Below the pieces are notes generated by a model. That model was not told the origin of the DNA. It did no database searches and worked only from the letters and a program-made list of their open reading frames with translations. Position numbers and translations under genes: made by a program. Of a stretch of DNA of 7,046 nt, positions 5,889 through 7,046 are shown piece by piece (positions within the stretch are counted from its first letter, which is position 1; every line of letters begins with the position of its first letter). The DNA lies in IMG/VR virus record IMGVR_UViG_2619619133_000005, positions 1 to 7,046 of that record. One strand, 5' to 3'. Source of the stretch: a virus. Taxonomy: Duplodnaviria; Heunggongvirae; Uroviricota; Caudoviricetes.

Positions 5889-7046
5889 TCACTCCCCCTT
5901 TTCATCAAGCCAATCCGCCCACCACTGCATCATTTCTCTGCGCTTATCGAGATACTGAGCATGGTTGTAAATACCGCGCACAGATCCGCCGTTGGCATGT
6001 GCCAGTTGCACTTCAATAGCGTCAGCAGGCCATTCGTGCTCGTTCATAATCGTGCTGAATTCATGCCTGAATCCGTGACCGCTTTCCAGACCCTCATAGC
6101 CGATTTGTTTGATCACAAGTAGCACCGCGTTCTCGCAAATTGGCTTCTTCTTATCGTTGCGCCCGGAAAAAACAAACTCTGATACTGGTTTAGTGATTGA
6201 GCTTAGTGTAGTGAGAAGTTCAACCACCTGGTCTGACATCGGGACCACATGAATTTTGCGTCCCTTCATTACACTGGCGTCGATGGTGATAATCCTGTTT
6301 TCAAAATCGACGTTCTTCCATAGCATGGAGCGAAGCTCTTTCGTTCTTAGGGCTGTGTAGCGCAAAACTTTAGTCGCAATGAGCGATACGATACTTCCTG
6401 AAAATGTTGCCAGTGCTTTATTGAATGCCGGGATCTGGTCTGCAGGAAGAAACGGGAAGTTTTTCTTGCGGTATCCCTTCATGGCGTCAGCAAGGTCAGG
6501 TGCCGGGTTATATTTAGCCCTACCAGTGACAATAGCGTAACGGAAAACCTCGCCGCATCTTCTGCGGGCTTTATTTGCTCGCTCCATTGCACCGCGATCT
6601 TCAAATCTGCGGATTACTTCCAGCAGTTGCATCGGCTCAATCTCCTGAATTTCAAGGCCGCCGATGATAGGTAAAATGTCGTCATCAAACATTTTTGCAA
6701 GTTCAGTCGCATACCCTACTGACCATACTTGCTTCTTGTGCTCGTACCATTCCTTGTAAATCGCACTAAATGAATTGTTGTTAGACGAAGCCTTTTTCGC
6801 CTTTACCGGATCGATGCCAACCGAGATGTCTTTCCTCGCAGTCCATGCCTTATCCCTTGCTTCCTGCAAAGTCATAAGCGGATATTTTCCGACGGTCAGG
6901 ATTTTCTCCTTACCGTCAATCTTGTAGCGAAGCTGCCATACCTTTTTCCCGGATACAGGAACATAAAGGTACAGGCCATTACCATCGAGAAGGCGGTATG
7001 GTTTTTCTTTCGGCTTTGCTGCTTCAATCTGCTTAACGGTGAGCAT
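5889..7046 (-). CDS. intS: Phage integrase, tyrosine recombinase of the P4 type
   Basis: 385-aa ORF starting with the ATG at the window edge. The N-terminus (MLTVKQIEAAKPKEKPYRLLDGNGLYLYVPVSGKKVWQLRYK…) is P4-like, and the C-terminal catalytic region has …GHGFRHEFST… and …RGIYNHAQY (His-x-x-Arg and Tyr nucleophile). The intS name is inferred from length and from proximity to dsdC as at the E. coli argW prophage site; it is unverified. Upstream signals lie outside the window. Confidence 0.85.
   Translation of the reverse strand: MLTVKQIEAAKPKEKPYRLLDGNGLYLYVPVSGKKVWQLRYKIDGKEKILTVGKYPLMTLQEARDKAWTARKDISVGIDPVKAKKASSNNNSFSAIYKEWYEHKKQVWSVGYATELAKMFDDDILPIIGGLEIQEIEPMQLLEVIRRFEDRGAMERANKARRRCGEVFRYAIVTGRAKYNPAPDLADAMKGYRKKNFPFLPADQIPAFNKALATFSGSIVSLIATKVLRYTALRTKELRSMLWKNVDFENRIITIDASVMKGRKIHVVPMSDQVVELLTTLSSITKPVSEFVFSGRNDKKKPICENAVLLVIKQIGYEGLESGHGFRHEFSTIMNEHEWPADAIEVQLAHANGGSVRGIYNHAQYLDKRREMMQWWADWLDEKGE

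Larger units (their letters stand above)
380..7046. mobile_element. Decayed prophage remnant: tail-fibre inversion module, invertase, cargo genes and integrase; no head, tail-shaft or lysis genes in the window
   Basis: Phage-type genes (tail fibre, Tfa, Pin, tyrosine integrase) lie directly against a truncated chromosomal regulator gene. The left boundary is approximate, where LysR-like sequence ends. The right end extends beyond the window. Confidence 0.6.

Noticed and set aside
1-7046. CRISPR arrays, tRNA or rRNA genes, insertion-sequence terminal repeats, or an attachment-site direct repeat
   Set aside because: No regularly spaced direct repeats, tRNA-like cloverleaf sequence or IS-type inverted ends were seen. 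A tRNA 3'-end-like sequence (GGTTCGATTCC…) was looked for only in the left junction region (about 380-520) and is absent there. Any attachment site next to int would lie beyond the right edge.

Overview
This window looks like an enterobacterial (E. coli-like) chromosomal segment where the 5' part of a LysR-type regulator gene (DsdC-like) runs into a short, decayed prophage remnant. From left to right: (1) a truncated dsdC-like ORF; (2) a tail-fibre host-range inversion module of the Mu G-segment / e14 P-segment type, with a tail-fibre C-terminal gene, two convergent tail-fibre-assembly genes, a silent alternative fibre cassette on the opposite strand, two 26-bp inverted crossover sites, and a Pin/Gin/Hin-family serine invertase; (3) two minus-strand cargo genes of unknown function, one with HslV/proteasome-beta-like N-terminal motifs and one N-terminally membrane-anchored; (4) a complete P4-type tyrosine integrase at the right edge. 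The cargo pair between the invertase and the integrase is the best candidate for an undescribed accessory or defence function. All calls come from reading the ORF translations and the DNA by eye; no database search or computed alignment was run.
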